From assembly GCA_036495665.1 (NCBI GenBank), contig DASXMM010000425.1, positions 1-55,839 on the forward strand: DNA of 55,839 nt, given 5' to 3'. Positions 37,981 through 46,876 of the stretch are shown piece by piece; positions within the stretch are counted from its first letter, which is position 1, and each line of letters opens with the position of its first letter. The stretch comes from Candidatus Acidiferrum sp. (GTDB taxonomy: Bacteria; Acidobacteriota; Terriglobia; Acidiferrales; UBA7541). The notes under the pieces were generated by a model that was given only the letters and a program-made list of their open reading frames with translations, made no database searches and was not told the DNA's origin. Both the position numbers and the translations under genes were made by a program.

Positions 37981-39066
37981 CTAGTCGGCTGGAGGGACCG
38001 TTTTCCGATCCGACCGATCGGAAACTTCTTGACCAGCCGGCGTGTCACGCGCCGCTCTGTACATCAGTCCAGTATTCCGTATTTTGTAAATGAGCGTACG
38101 ATAGCTAATCTTCAACGCCTGCGCTGCTTTTCGTCGATTCCATTGATTGTTTCGCAGCACTTCCAGAATCACACTGCGTTCCATCTCTAGGATCGCGTCT
38201 TTGGCGATCTGTTTCAATGGCACGGCTTCCTTTCTCGCGATACGACTGGACGCCGCGCCGGAGCGCTGTTGCGGCGGCCCCAGCGTCACCGCGGCGTCCG
38301 GCCCAAGTAGCACATACCTCGCGATCCTATTAGAGAGTTCTCGCACGTTTCCTGGCCAATCCAGATTCTGCAAGTAATCGAGCATCTCCGCGGCAAATGG
38401 TTCGGATTTCATCGCGAACTGTTTTTCAAACGCGGTTCTCAAATATTCCGCAAGCGCCGGGATATCTTCCTTGCGTTCGGAGAGGCCTGGCAACGTAAGT
38501 TGAACAACGCTGATTCGGTAGAAAAGGTCCGCACGGAAACTTTGCGCCTCGATTTCCTCTTCTAGATTCCGGTTAGAGGAGCAGATCAATCGTGTCTCCA
38601 CACTGCTCTCCACCCCGTGACCAAGGCTCGAAAATCGGCCGTCCTGCGCGAAATGCAGAAGTTTGCCTTGCAGCGACAGATCCAGATTTCCGATCTCGTC
38701 AAGGAACAATGTCCCTTTGTGCGCCTGCTCGACGCGCCCCGGCTTCGAGACACGGGCTCCGGTGAATGCACCCTTTTCATATCCGAACAATTCACTTTCG
38801 AGCAAACTTCCGGGAATAGCCGCACAATTTACTTTTACGAATTGACCATCCCGGTATTCAGAATGGGAATGGACCCAGCGCGCCACCATCTCCTTGCCGC
38901 TTCCCGCTGGACCGCACAGCAGAACGGGTATGTTCGCTTCACAGACCTTCGCGGCCCTTTTGCGTACCATGGCCATCGCCGGCGTGCAGCCAAAAAGAAC
39001 AGCATCTGGTGGCAATTCGTAGGCGTTTTCGGCGTTCTGAACGCCGCTTCTCTTCGTGGAAGACAT
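37981..39066 (-). CDS. sigma54-dependent enhancer-binding protein lacking an N-terminal regulatory domain
   Basis: GPAGSGKE, VNCAAIP..LLESELFGYEKGAFTGA, LFLDEI, FRADLFYR, WPGNVREL, Fis HTH WNRRKAAQALKISYRTL. Only ~20 aa precede the AAA+ domain. Confidence 0.9.
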   Translation of the reverse strand: MSSTKRSGVQNAENAYELPPDAVLFGCTPAMAMVRKRAAKVCEANIPVLLCGPAGSGKEMVARWVHSHSEYRDGQFVKVNCAAIPGSLLESELFGYEKGAFTGARVSKPGRVEQAHKGTLFLDEIGNLDLSLQGKLLHFAQDGRFSSLGHGVESSVETRLICSSNRNLEEEIEAQSFRADLFYRISVVQLTLPGLSERKEDIPALAEYLRTAFEKQFAMKSEPFAAEMLDYLQNLDWPGNVRELSNRIARYVLLGPDAAVTLGPPQQRSGAASSRIARKEAVPLKQIAKDAILEMERSVILEVLRNNQWNRRKAAQALKISYRTLIYKIRNTGLMYRAARDTPAGQEVSDRSDRKTVPPAD

Positions 39067-39593
39067 AAGCTCGCAATGTACGGAAATGGCGCCGTCGCTG
39101 GAAATTGCACAACCTAGGCCATTCTCTCTTGCTCGCTTGGGTAGCAACCGCGACTCCTAAGCTCTTTACTACTAAGTGCTTACGGAGTGTAACGCGAACT
39201 GGGTTCTAGTACTAGATTTCGTTTTTCACTCGCCGATTCGGGGTTCACAGAGGAAAAATATGTCCAAACATTGATAAGGTTTTCATCTGCTTTCTCCACT
39301 TGACCGTTTTATGCTCCGGGAACGAAATCCCGCACTCTTGGGGTTTCTATTCAGGCCCCACTGGCCCTTCGCTCAGAGAAATCAACATGCGCGGCCATGA
39401 AAGCATCGCGTAAGACAGACTATTCAGCGTTCTGCCCACTCTATATCGGGCTCGCGTGAAGCGCGAATTCATCTATTAGTTTATTAATTAATATATATTA
39501 TTAATATATGAAAATTAGATGGCAGCCGAAAAGCCAGACATCTCGATTCCGCACGAAATAAAAACCAATCATCCGGAAGGAGGGAAATAGCCC

Positions 39594-39932
39594 TTATGCC
39601 GTCGCCGTTTCTCCGCGAATAATATCGTAACGCTCGATTACCGCAGCTACGCCCATTCTTGAGTGGGTCTCTTCCATCCGCCGCTCCACTCGCACAACTT
39701 TTCCACGAGCGCGCACAAATACTTCGGTGCCGTGAGTAATTTCGGCTGGCAGCGTCAACGTGATGTCCAGCTCCGAACCGGCCTCGAGGTCCTGCTCGAT
39801 GACAAAATACAGGCCGCGCGTGGAAATGTCGCGCGTCTTACCTTCCTGAGAGTCGTCCTGGCGTTCGGCGGGTATTCGAATGATCACTGGCAAAGACAAA
39901 TCATAACGACGAGCCGTTCGGCGTTCCGTCAT
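39594..39932 (-). CDS. Stand-alone PilZ domain protein
   Basis: ERRTARR (RxxxR) and RDISTRG (DxSxxG), GKVVRVE. Confidence 0.88.
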   Translation of the reverse strand: MTERRTARRYDLSLPVIIRIPAERQDDSQEGKTRDISTRGLYFVIEQDLEAGSELDITLTLPAEITHGTEVFVRARGKVVRVERRMEETHSRMGVAAVIERYDIIRGETATA

Positions 39933-40064
39933 TCCCCCGACCTCCAATATTTGCGGCGGTGACGTGCTGTAAACCGCGCTGTCGTAGTGTGAAGTTACTA
40001 GAATTCAACAGACTTCGCCAGTTCGATGTCCGCGTGGCTCGATGCGCGGAAAAGTCCAACACTT

Positions 40065-41525
40065 CTATTCGTCTCGGGTTCCCACTGTTGCCGTCGTTTC
40101 CACCGCAGTCGGTGCTGCAGCCGAACGCCGCGTGCGCGGCGTATCCAGATTGAACTGCCGCATCTTATAGAGCAGCGCCTTGTAACTGATGCCGAGCATT
40201 TTCGCGGCGTCTTTGCGGCACCAGCGCGTCTTCTCAAGTGCGTCGGCGATCGCTTCCATCTCCGCTTCATCTTTCAATCCACGCACCAACGCCTTCAGTC
40301 CTTGCTCGCGCGGCGGTGCGGATTCTTCGCGCGGCGAACTGCGTTGCCGCGCCGAAGACATTTCCACCAATTCGCGCAAGCTGCCTTCGTCATCTTCCAG
40401 AATCACGTACCGTTTCACGAAATTTTCCAGCTCGCGCAAATTGCCCGGCCACGGATAATTCACCGCGGCATCCAACAAGTGTTTTGAAGGCCCCGATGGC
40501 GTCTTACCGAATTTTTCGCTGTATTGCTCGAGAAAATGCCGAAACAAGAGCGGGATCTCTACCAGCCGCTCGCGCAGCGGCGGCACGAGAATCGACAGCA
40601 CGTTAAGCCGATAATACAAATCCTCGCGGAAACGCCCCGTCTTCATCGCCTCTTGTACGTCAACGTTTGTCGCCGCCAGGACGCGCACGTCGGTGTCGAT
40701 CAGATGGCGCCCGCCCAGCCGTGAATATTGATGATCTTGCAGAACGTGCAGAAGCTTGGCTTGCAAGGGCGTCGTCATCTCGGCGATCTCATCGAGAAAG
40801 ATCGTCCCCTTGTTCGCCATTTCAAATTTGCCGGGCTTGCTGCGTATGGCTCCAGTGAACGCGCCCTGTTCGAAACCAAAGAGTTCTGATTCCAGCAGCT
40901 CGCCGGGCAACGCCGCGCAGTTCACCTTGACAAAAGGCTGATTGCGCCGCTTCGAGCGCAAATGAATCATGCGCGCCACGACTTCCTTGCCGACGCCGCT
41001 CTCACCGCAAATAAAGACGGGCACGTCGACCGGCGCGATTTGCAAAATCTGCTGGCGGATTCGGACCATTTGCGGGCTGGCCGCAAGAAAACTCAGATCC
41101 TCGGTCACTTGGTCACAGTAATCGCGCAACGCCTGGTTTTCGGTGGTAAGCTGCTTCTTCTGGCGCGACTTGAGCATCGCCGCATCCAGCTCGGTTTTCT
41201 CAAACGGCTTCGTCAGGTAATCGTGAGCCCCGATGCGAATCGCTTCAACAACCGTGCCCACTTCGTTCGAACAAGAAAGCATGATGACGTTCAGGCTACG
41301 GTCCGCCTGCATCAGCTCTTTCAACGTCTCGATGCCGTTCAACTCGGGCATAAGCACGTCCAGAATGATGAAGTCAGGACGCTCTCCAGCGGTCACTTTG
41401 GCAATCGCTTCTCTTCCCGAGCTAACTGTCTCGACGTCGTATCCATCGACTTCGAGCAGCGTTTGCAGATACTTTCGAATGCTCGGCTCGTCGTCTACGA
41501 CTAGAATTTTTTCTTTAGCAGCCAT
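40065..41525 (-). CDS. NtrC-family sigma54 response regulator (REC-AAA+-HTH)
   Basis: ILVVDDE, ILDVLMP (phospho-Asp), YLTKPF, GESGVGKE, GAFTGA, LDEI, WPGNLRELEN, HTH AAKMLGISYKALLYK. Confidence 0.95.
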   Translation of the reverse strand: MAAKEKILVVDDEPSIRKYLQTLLEVDGYDVETVSSGREAIAKVTAGERPDFIILDVLMPELNGIETLKELMQADRSLNVIMLSCSNEVGTVVEAIRIGAHDYLTKPFEKTELDAAMLKSRQKKQLTTENQALRDYCDQVTEDLSFLAASPQMVRIRQQILQIAPVDVPVFICGESGVGKEVVARMIHLRSKRRNQPFVKVNCAALPGELLESELFGFEQGAFTGAIRSKPGKFEMANKGTIFLDEIAEMTTPLQAKLLHVLQDHQYSRLGGRHLIDTDVRVLAATNVDVQEAMKTGRFREDLYYRLNVLSILVPPLRERLVEIPLLFRHFLEQYSEKFGKTPSGPSKHLLDAAVNYPWPGNLRELENFVKRYVILEDDEGSLRELVEMSSARQRSSPREESAPPREQGLKALVRGLKDEAEMEAIADALEKTRWCRKDAAKMLGISYKALLYKMRQFNLDTPRTRRSAAAPTAVETTATVGTRDE

Positions 41526-41570
41526 CGAATTCTCCCCTGCCCCAATTTCTAAAAATCGCTCTCTGAACAA

Positions 41571-42800
41571 CTATCCTTGATCCATCGGCAACAAAAATGT
41601 AAACCTGCTTCCTACCTTCGGTTCGCTTTCCACCCAGATTTTCCCGCGATGCGCTTGAATCAATCGTTTGGCAATCGCGAGCCCCAGGCCCATTCCCGAA
41701 GTGTTGCGGTCCACGCGCACAAAATCCTCGAAAATCTCCTGATGATGCTCGGCGGCGATCCCCGGTCCGGAGTCCGCAACGGAAACTTCCACGCTGTTCG
41801 GCCGCGGCAGCCGGAATCGCCGCCGTTCCTCGACCGGCGCCACCGCAGCTACTCGCCGCTCCCAGAAATGCGGCGCCGCTTTCAATGCCACGCTTCCACC
41901 CGCCGGCGTATGCTTCAAAGAATTGTCTAAAAGATTCGCCGCCGCCTGCTGCACTTTCTGGTAGTCGAAACGGAACGTCGGAATCGACGGATCGAAACTT
42001 GCCTCCAGCTTGACCCCTTTGCGTTGAAATGCTTCGGACCAGCGCTTCGCCAACTCGTCCAAACAATCGCGGAGATCATTCTCGCGCAGTTGCAGAACCA
42101 GTTTTCCACTTTCCAAAGCCGAATAATTCAGGAACATCGAAACAAGCCGGACCAGACGTTCGCAACTGTCTTTCGATTCCTCAAGAATGTCGCGTTGTTT
42201 ATCGGTCAGCCGTCCCAGCGAGCCGGTCAACATCAGATCGTAGTAGCCCTTGATCACCGCGAGCGGCGTCTTCAATTCGTGAGCCGCCGACGCTAGAAAC
42301 ACCGTCTTCTGCCGGTTCACTTCCTGCAATTTCAGATACGCCGCCAGCAAATTCCGGTAGGTAATCTCTCGTTCCTGCAGTAACTCCTGAACAGTGAGCT
42401 GAGTAGCCGCATCGGGAAACGCCTCCGCTGGAGGCCCCGTCTCCAACTGAACAATCAAACATCCTAGATCGGCCACCCACTGAATCCGCGCGCGAATCTT
42501 CTTCTCTCGATGGACAACTTCCATCTCTACTTCGTGCTCGCCCGCGTCGATTTTTTGCTCGACATCATTCGGTTCCGTTTTAAGAACGTCCTTAAACACA
42601 TCCAACTGCCTCAGCTCATCGGGGCTCTGTGTCCCAAGATACTGCCGCGCATTGTCGTTGGAGATGAGTACCCGGCCACTTCTTTCCGAAATCCAAACAG
42701 GCACCTTTGCCGCTTCGAGCAGCGTCTTCACAAAAGCAGCGGGCAACTCTAGAGCTCTCCTGTGGCCACTGACCGTTGTTGGCGTAATGATTCCAGGCAT
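41571..42800 (-). CDS. Soluble sensor histidine kinase (PAS-like, HisKA, HATPase_c)
   Basis: H-box FLASAAHELKTPL, N-box NLLDNSLKHT, G1 DSGPGI, F-box IFEDF, G2 GMGLGLAI. No TM segments. Confidence 0.92.
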   Translation of the reverse strand: MPGIITPTTVSGHRRALELPAAFVKTLLEAAKVPVWISERSGRVLISNDNARQYLGTQSPDELRQLDVFKDVLKTEPNDVEQKIDAGEHEVEMEVVHREKKIRARIQWVADLGCLIVQLETGPPAEAFPDAATQLTVQELLQEREITYRNLLAAYLKLQEVNRQKTVFLASAAHELKTPLAVIKGYYDLMLTGSLGRLTDKQRDILEESKDSCERLVRLVSMFLNYSALESGKLVLQLRENDLRDCLDELAKRWSEAFQRKGVKLEASFDPSIPTFRFDYQKVQQAAANLLDNSLKHTPAGGSVALKAAPHFWERRVAAVAPVEERRRFRLPRPNSVEVSVADSGPGIAAEHHQEIFEDFVRVDRNTSGMGLGLAIAKRLIQAHRGKIWVESEPKVGSRFTFLLPMDQG

Positions 42801-43026
42801 TTGAGGAGATTGTCGCTAACCGAGTGGGAAAAACTTTTCCCTCGCGATTCCACATGCTCGCAGAGGGTTTTCCGACTGTCAATGGCAAAAGCGTTCCATT
42901 TGCACATTTAAGGAAACAAACTGGCGTGTGCATGAACGAGAATCGACAGTCAACTCATTCTCGGCAAGTCGACGACCGTAAATAAATGACAATGCAACAC
43001 TTAGCTTCTCCAGCCTGACGTGAAAT

Positions 43027-43043
43027 TTGGCATTCGATATGCT
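43027..43043 (+). promoter_or_regulatory. sigma54 -24/-12 promoter of the PilZ gene
   Basis: TTGGCATTCGATATGCT = TGGCAT-N5-ATGCT, exact spacing. AT-rich IHF-like element at 42984-43003. Confidence 0.7.
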
Positions 43044-43079
43044 CCTTTCCGTACTAGTTCCTTGGTACTAAGCGAAATA

Positions 43080-43436
43080 ATGATGAAAACGGGCCTCTTA
43101 AAGGACGGCAAGCGCGTGGATCCTTCTTCTAACCTAAGACGGTCCCCTCGCATTCGTCTGCAAATGCCGGTCTTCCTCCGCGCTGCGGACACATCCGGTG
43201 CGGAATTCATTGAGCTCACAAAAACGCTGAACATCAGTGCCACCGGTGCCTGTGTGGCCTCAACCCACATCCTGCGCCCTGATCAGATCGTCCATCTCAC
43301 TATCCCCGCTCCTTCCTCGGCCTCCTCGGGTGTCGTCCCGAGCGAGACCCCTCCCATCACGGCAAGAGTCCTCCGCCAGGAGTCCATCGGCGAAATGCGA
43401 CTTTTTGGGCTGGAATTCCTCAAGCCACTTGAGTAA
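43080..43436 (+). CDS. Stand-alone PilZ domain protein
   Basis: LRRSPRI (RxxxR), NISATG (NxSxxG), ARVLR...FGLEF. Confidence 0.82.
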   Translation: MMKTGLLKDGKRVDPSSNLRRSPRIRLQMPVFLRAADTSGAEFIELTKTLNISATGACVASTHILRPDQIVHLTIPAPSSASSGVVPSETPPITARVLRQESIGEMRLFGLEFLKPLE

Positions 43437-43715
43437 AGTATTGCCGCTTTGACGGGCGGCTTCCCTCGACTCAGACATTTCGGGGTAGAAATGTTACAGG
43501 ACCCGAATTTGGGATTGAGGCTCGTCCTCGAAGAAACGGACCCTATCTCCAATTGGCTTAGTCACATAGCCAATAATCTAGGTTTGCTTGATTGGCCCCG
43601 GAGCCAGCCTTAGGCCTTGCCTCGATTGGTCTTTTGCTTGCTCCTCATGAAAGAGAAAGCCACATGTGCTTTCCCCAAACCCCGCGGGGATAGGCTCTAC
43701 AGGTGTATACCGGAT

Positions 43716-45011
43716 ATGCCCAGCCCCGGCGCTCCTGCGCCCCCGCGTTTGCCGATTGAGGACTCGTATCTCGAGCTGCTCGCTGACACGCTCGAAGGTC
43801 TGGACGTTTCTGCGCGTGGCCAGTTCCTCCAACGTTACTTCCGAACCATAACCCACCTCGATCTTCGCGAAGACCAGTGTGTGCAGCTCTGGGACGAGAT
43901 GCTCACCCGTCGCCGCGAGCTGAGCGAGCACATGGATCGGCAAATCTCCTTGAAAACGGCCCTTATGGACGTGCTTACTTCTGCTGGACTTTTTCGCGTT
44001 CCCATACTCATCGAGTACGACGAGCTAAAAAAACTGCAGTTGAACGCCGTCACCGATCCTTTGACCGGCCTCTACAACCGCCGCCTGTTTAGCGAAGCTT
44101 TCGAAAAAGAGCTCAATCGCGCTCGTCGTTACGGTTCACCTCTCGGCCTCGTCATTCTCGATTTGCACCGCTTCAAGGAAGTGAACGACAAGCATGGCCA
44201 TCCCCGTGGCGATGAAGTTTTGCGCGCCGCTGCCTCCACGCTGAAAAAAGCTCTGCGTACCTCGGACTCCGCATTTCGCATCGGCGGTGACGAGTTCGCT
44301 CTTCTGCTTCCGCAGACCGATGCCGCACAAGCGCTCGGACTCAGCCGCCGCGTCGGAACCGTTTTCGCAGAATCCATCGCGCACCTTCAAATGGGTGTGA
44401 GCGTCAGCATGGACCATGGCGTCGCCACATTCCCTCAAGACGGCGATCAAGCCGATCAACTGATTCGTGTTGCGGACGAACGCCTCTACCACTTAAAACA
44501 CGCGAACCGCGTCTACACACCGCCATCGAGTTCGCACACCGAACTCGCTTCCAGCCCCACCCCCGAGTCCTCCGCACCTCCGTCGCCGGAACGCCAGGCT
44601 TCCCCTCCGCGGCCAATTCCCTTTGAATCGAAGCGCCCTCCCGAGAAATCCGAAGCTGCGGTTCCCGCTGCGACTTCTGCACCCCCTTCGGAGATTCCCA
44701 CTCCAAAAGCGCTCGCTTCTGCTCCGCCAGCCCGTATCTATTCCGTTCCGCGTAAAGCCGAGCGCGTCTCCATGTCCGGCACGAACGCCTACGCGGTTCT
44801 CGGCGATCAAGGCGTGCGTCGAGCCCGCGTACTGGATCTGGGTTTTGGTGGAGTCGCTCTCGAATTGGAATCGCAGGAGGAAATTCCGGAAAGCATTCTA
44901 GCCGTGCTGCACGTCCCAATTCTTCCGCCGGTACGCGTCAACCTGAAACCAGTCTGGTTCCAACGCACATCCCAAGGCGCCTACCGCATCGGTTGCGCCT
45001 TCGTTTCCTGA
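43716..45011 (+). CDS. Diguanylate cyclase (GGDEF) with Pro-rich linker and C-terminal PilZ-like domain
   Basis: TDPLTGLYNRR, DLHRFKEVND.HGH..GD, I-site RTSD, RIGGDEF. C-terminal PRKAER...DLGFGG...VW...IGCAF. Confidence 0.9.
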   Translation: MPSPGAPAPPRLPIEDSYLELLADTLEGLDVSARGQFLQRYFRTITHLDLREDQCVQLWDEMLTRRRELSEHMDRQISLKTALMDVLTSAGLFRVPILIEYDELKKLQLNAVTDPLTGLYNRRLFSEAFEKELNRARRYGSPLGLVILDLHRFKEVNDKHGHPRGDEVLRAAASTLKKALRTSDSAFRIGGDEFALLLPQTDAAQALGLSRRVGTVFAESIAHLQMGVSVSMDHGVATFPQDGDQADQLIRVADERLYHLKHANRVYTPPSSSHTELASSPTPESSAPPSPERQASPPRPIPFESKRPPEKSEAAVPAATSAPPSEIPTPKALASAPPARIYSVPRKAERVSMSGTNAYAVLGDQGVRRARVLDLGFGGVALELESQEEIPESILAVLHVPILPPVRVNLKPVWFQRTSQGAYRIGCAFVS

Positions 45012-45060
45012 AGTTTCTGAAACGCCGGCATTTCCGCGAAGCGTGCTCCAGCTCCCGCGA

Positions 45061-45582
45061 TCAGCCGCTCGCCTGCCCCAGATGCATCCGCAAATGTCGT
45101 GAAGTAAAAAGCAGCGCCTGCTGCAAATGGGCAAGCCCCAAACCCCACCGCAACACAGCCTTCTCGGGAGTGTCGGCTTTCGCGGAAAGCCGTATCCATA
45201 TCGCTAGCTCTTTCTGATTCGCCCGCTCTGCAATCCCCGCGCCCGCCGACGACGTCAAACAAATTGTAGCCTCAAGCGTTTCCTGCGACCCCGCCTCCTT
45301 CAACAGCTCAATCAGCTTCTCAATCAAAAGAAAATGCAAACTCCTATTGGAGCTATTTCCAGACTCTCGAAACTTAAGCGCCATTTCTCCGGAGCAAACA
45401 AAGCCGCTCGAAGATTTGTTCGTATACGGCCCCGCCAGAGCCTGCGCAACACAAAACAGCGAATCATCGCTGTCGACCGCCGCCAGGAAGCTCTTGATCG
45501 CCAATGCAACGGACGCGTCCCCGTCAACGACGCTCGCTCCGCCAGTTTTTTCTGGAACCGCTCCAACCGCCTCGACACGCAT
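45061..45582 (-). CDS. Hypothetical protein
   Basis: 173-aa ORF with codon bias matching neighbouring minus-strand genes. No motif recognised. Confidence 0.6.
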   Translation of the reverse strand: MRVEAVGAVPEKTGGASVVDGDASVALAIKSFLAAVDSDDSLFCVAQALAGPYTNKSSSGFVCSGEMALKFRESGNSSNRSLHFLLIEKLIELLKEAGSQETLEATICLTSSAGAGIAERANQKELAIWIRLSAKADTPEKAVLRWGLGLAHLQQALLFTSRHLRMHLGQASG

Positions 45583-45739
45583 CCTGCGACGCTACGCGAA
45601 CCAATTACCCGCTGCAAGCGCAAAACCAGCACGCGCCTTCACATCGTCGCCGCGGTCGCGACGCCACCTCCACATTCCCGAACCCTTGCAACCCTGCTAA
45701 AATCGCGCCCGCCGAACACACTCAAACGCGGAGCTACCC

Positions 45740-46249
45740 ATGCGCGAACCCACAGCAGGCCGTCCTCACTGGCCCGACCTCCCAAGCATGCCCAAGGATA
45801 ATCTCACCGGCCTCAAGCCCTGGGCCTGGGCCCTCGAGCGCCTCGAAAAATCTCACAATTATTGGATCGCCACCACGCGTCCCGGTGGCCGCCCTCATCT
45901 CATGCTGGTTTGGGGAGTGTGGTGGGAAGATGCCTTCTGGTTCAGCACGGGCCCGAACACCCGCAAAGCGAAAAACATCGCCGCCCAAGCCTATTGTGCG
46001 ATCGCCACAGACCAAGCCGACGAGGCCGTGATCCTCGAAGGCGTCCCCCGCGAAATCAAAGACCGCGCCGTCTGGAAGCGCCTCGCCGCCGTCTACAACA
46101 AAAAATATGGCGGCGACGTCGAACCTCTCCTCGAATCTTCCGGCGGCAACGTCTATCGCGTCGAACCACAAACCGCCTTCGCCCAGGACGAACACGCTGC
46201 TAACTTCGCCGAATCCGTCACCCGCTGGCGTTTTTCACCCAACGCGTAA
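45740..46249 (+). CDS. Pyridoxamine 5'-phosphate oxidase-like (split-barrel flavin/F420-binding) protein
   Basis: WALERL.KSHNYWIATTRPGGRPHLM.VWGVW, FWFSTG..TRKAKNI, VILEG, Y.KKY. Confidence 0.85.
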   Translation: MREPTAGRPHWPDLPSMPKDNLTGLKPWAWALERLEKSHNYWIATTRPGGRPHLMLVWGVWWEDAFWFSTGPNTRKAKNIAAQAYCAIATDQADEAVILEGVPREIKDRAVWKRLAAVYNKKYGGDVEPLLESSGGNVYRVEPQTAFAQDEHAANFAESVTRWRFSPNA

Positions 46250-46276
46250 ACACGGGAAGCAGGTCGCTGCCGGCCC

Positions 46277-46320
46277 TTGACAACTGCACCAATTACGGCC
46301 TAATATTTAGACAGTAATGG
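46277..46320 (+). promoter_or_regulatory. sigma70-like promoter overlapped by an imperfect palindrome (likely operator)
   Basis: TTGACA(46277)-N18-TAATAT(46301). Inverted repeat CCAATTACGGCCTAA-TAT-TTAGACAGTAATGG (46289-46320). Confidence 0.5.
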
Positions 46321-46327
46321 AAGCTCT

Positions 46328-46876
46328 ATGTCCAAATATGCATTGAAGCTAAAACAGGCCAGCGCTGTGCTCCGCATTCGACCCAAGGAATTGCAAAACC
46401 TCGTTCAATTCGGCGTCGTGAAGCCTGCGCGTTCGAGAGGAACCTATCTCTTCGACGCCCAGGCCCTGCTGGCAGCAAAAGTCGCATATTCCCTGAAGGA
46501 ACACCTGGGCACTCGTATGAGCGTGCTCGCGAAGCTGATGGATGCGTTCCTCGCTTCTGAATCCAAGCTGAGCTCCAAGAATCCGGAGTACGTCGTGTTC
46601 AACTGCCGCACCTCTGCCGAAGAGGAGCCTATTAAGCTCTCTGTGCCGTTCCGCGCGATGGGAGCACAAATTGAAGAGCGCATAACTCGCGCTGACCTCT
46701 ATCGGGATTTGCCACGCGGCCGCAAACGCCGTGGATGGAAGAAGGAGTTTCTCGAATCTCTGGCGGACGCAGCAAAAGATATGGGCGAAATCTCTGAAGA
46801 AGAAATCTTGCGCACAATTCGCAACTATCGCAAGGAAAGGCGCGCACGGGAGATCATCGTTGTCGCCGAAGCCTAG
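46328..46876 (+). CDS. MerR-like HTH protein, probable antitoxin
   Basis: LKQASAVL.I.PKELQNLV..GVVKP....Y.FD (MerR-type winged HTH). C-terminal acidic/amphipathic tail SEEEILRTIRNYRKER. Overlaps the PIN gene. Confidence 0.65.
   Translation: MSKYALKLKQASAVLRIRPKELQNLVQFGVVKPARSRGTYLFDAQALLAAKVAYSLKEHLGTRMSVLAKLMDAFLASESKLSSKNPEYVVFNCRTSAEEEPIKLSVPFRAMGAQIEERITRADLYRDLPRGRKRRGWKKEFLESLADAAKDMGEISEEEILRTIRNYRKERRAREIIVVAEA

Noticed and set aside
42881-42900. sigma54 promoter for the histidine kinase (minus strand TGGAACGCTTTTGCC)
   Set aside because: GG-to-GC spacing is 9 nt, not the strictly required 10.
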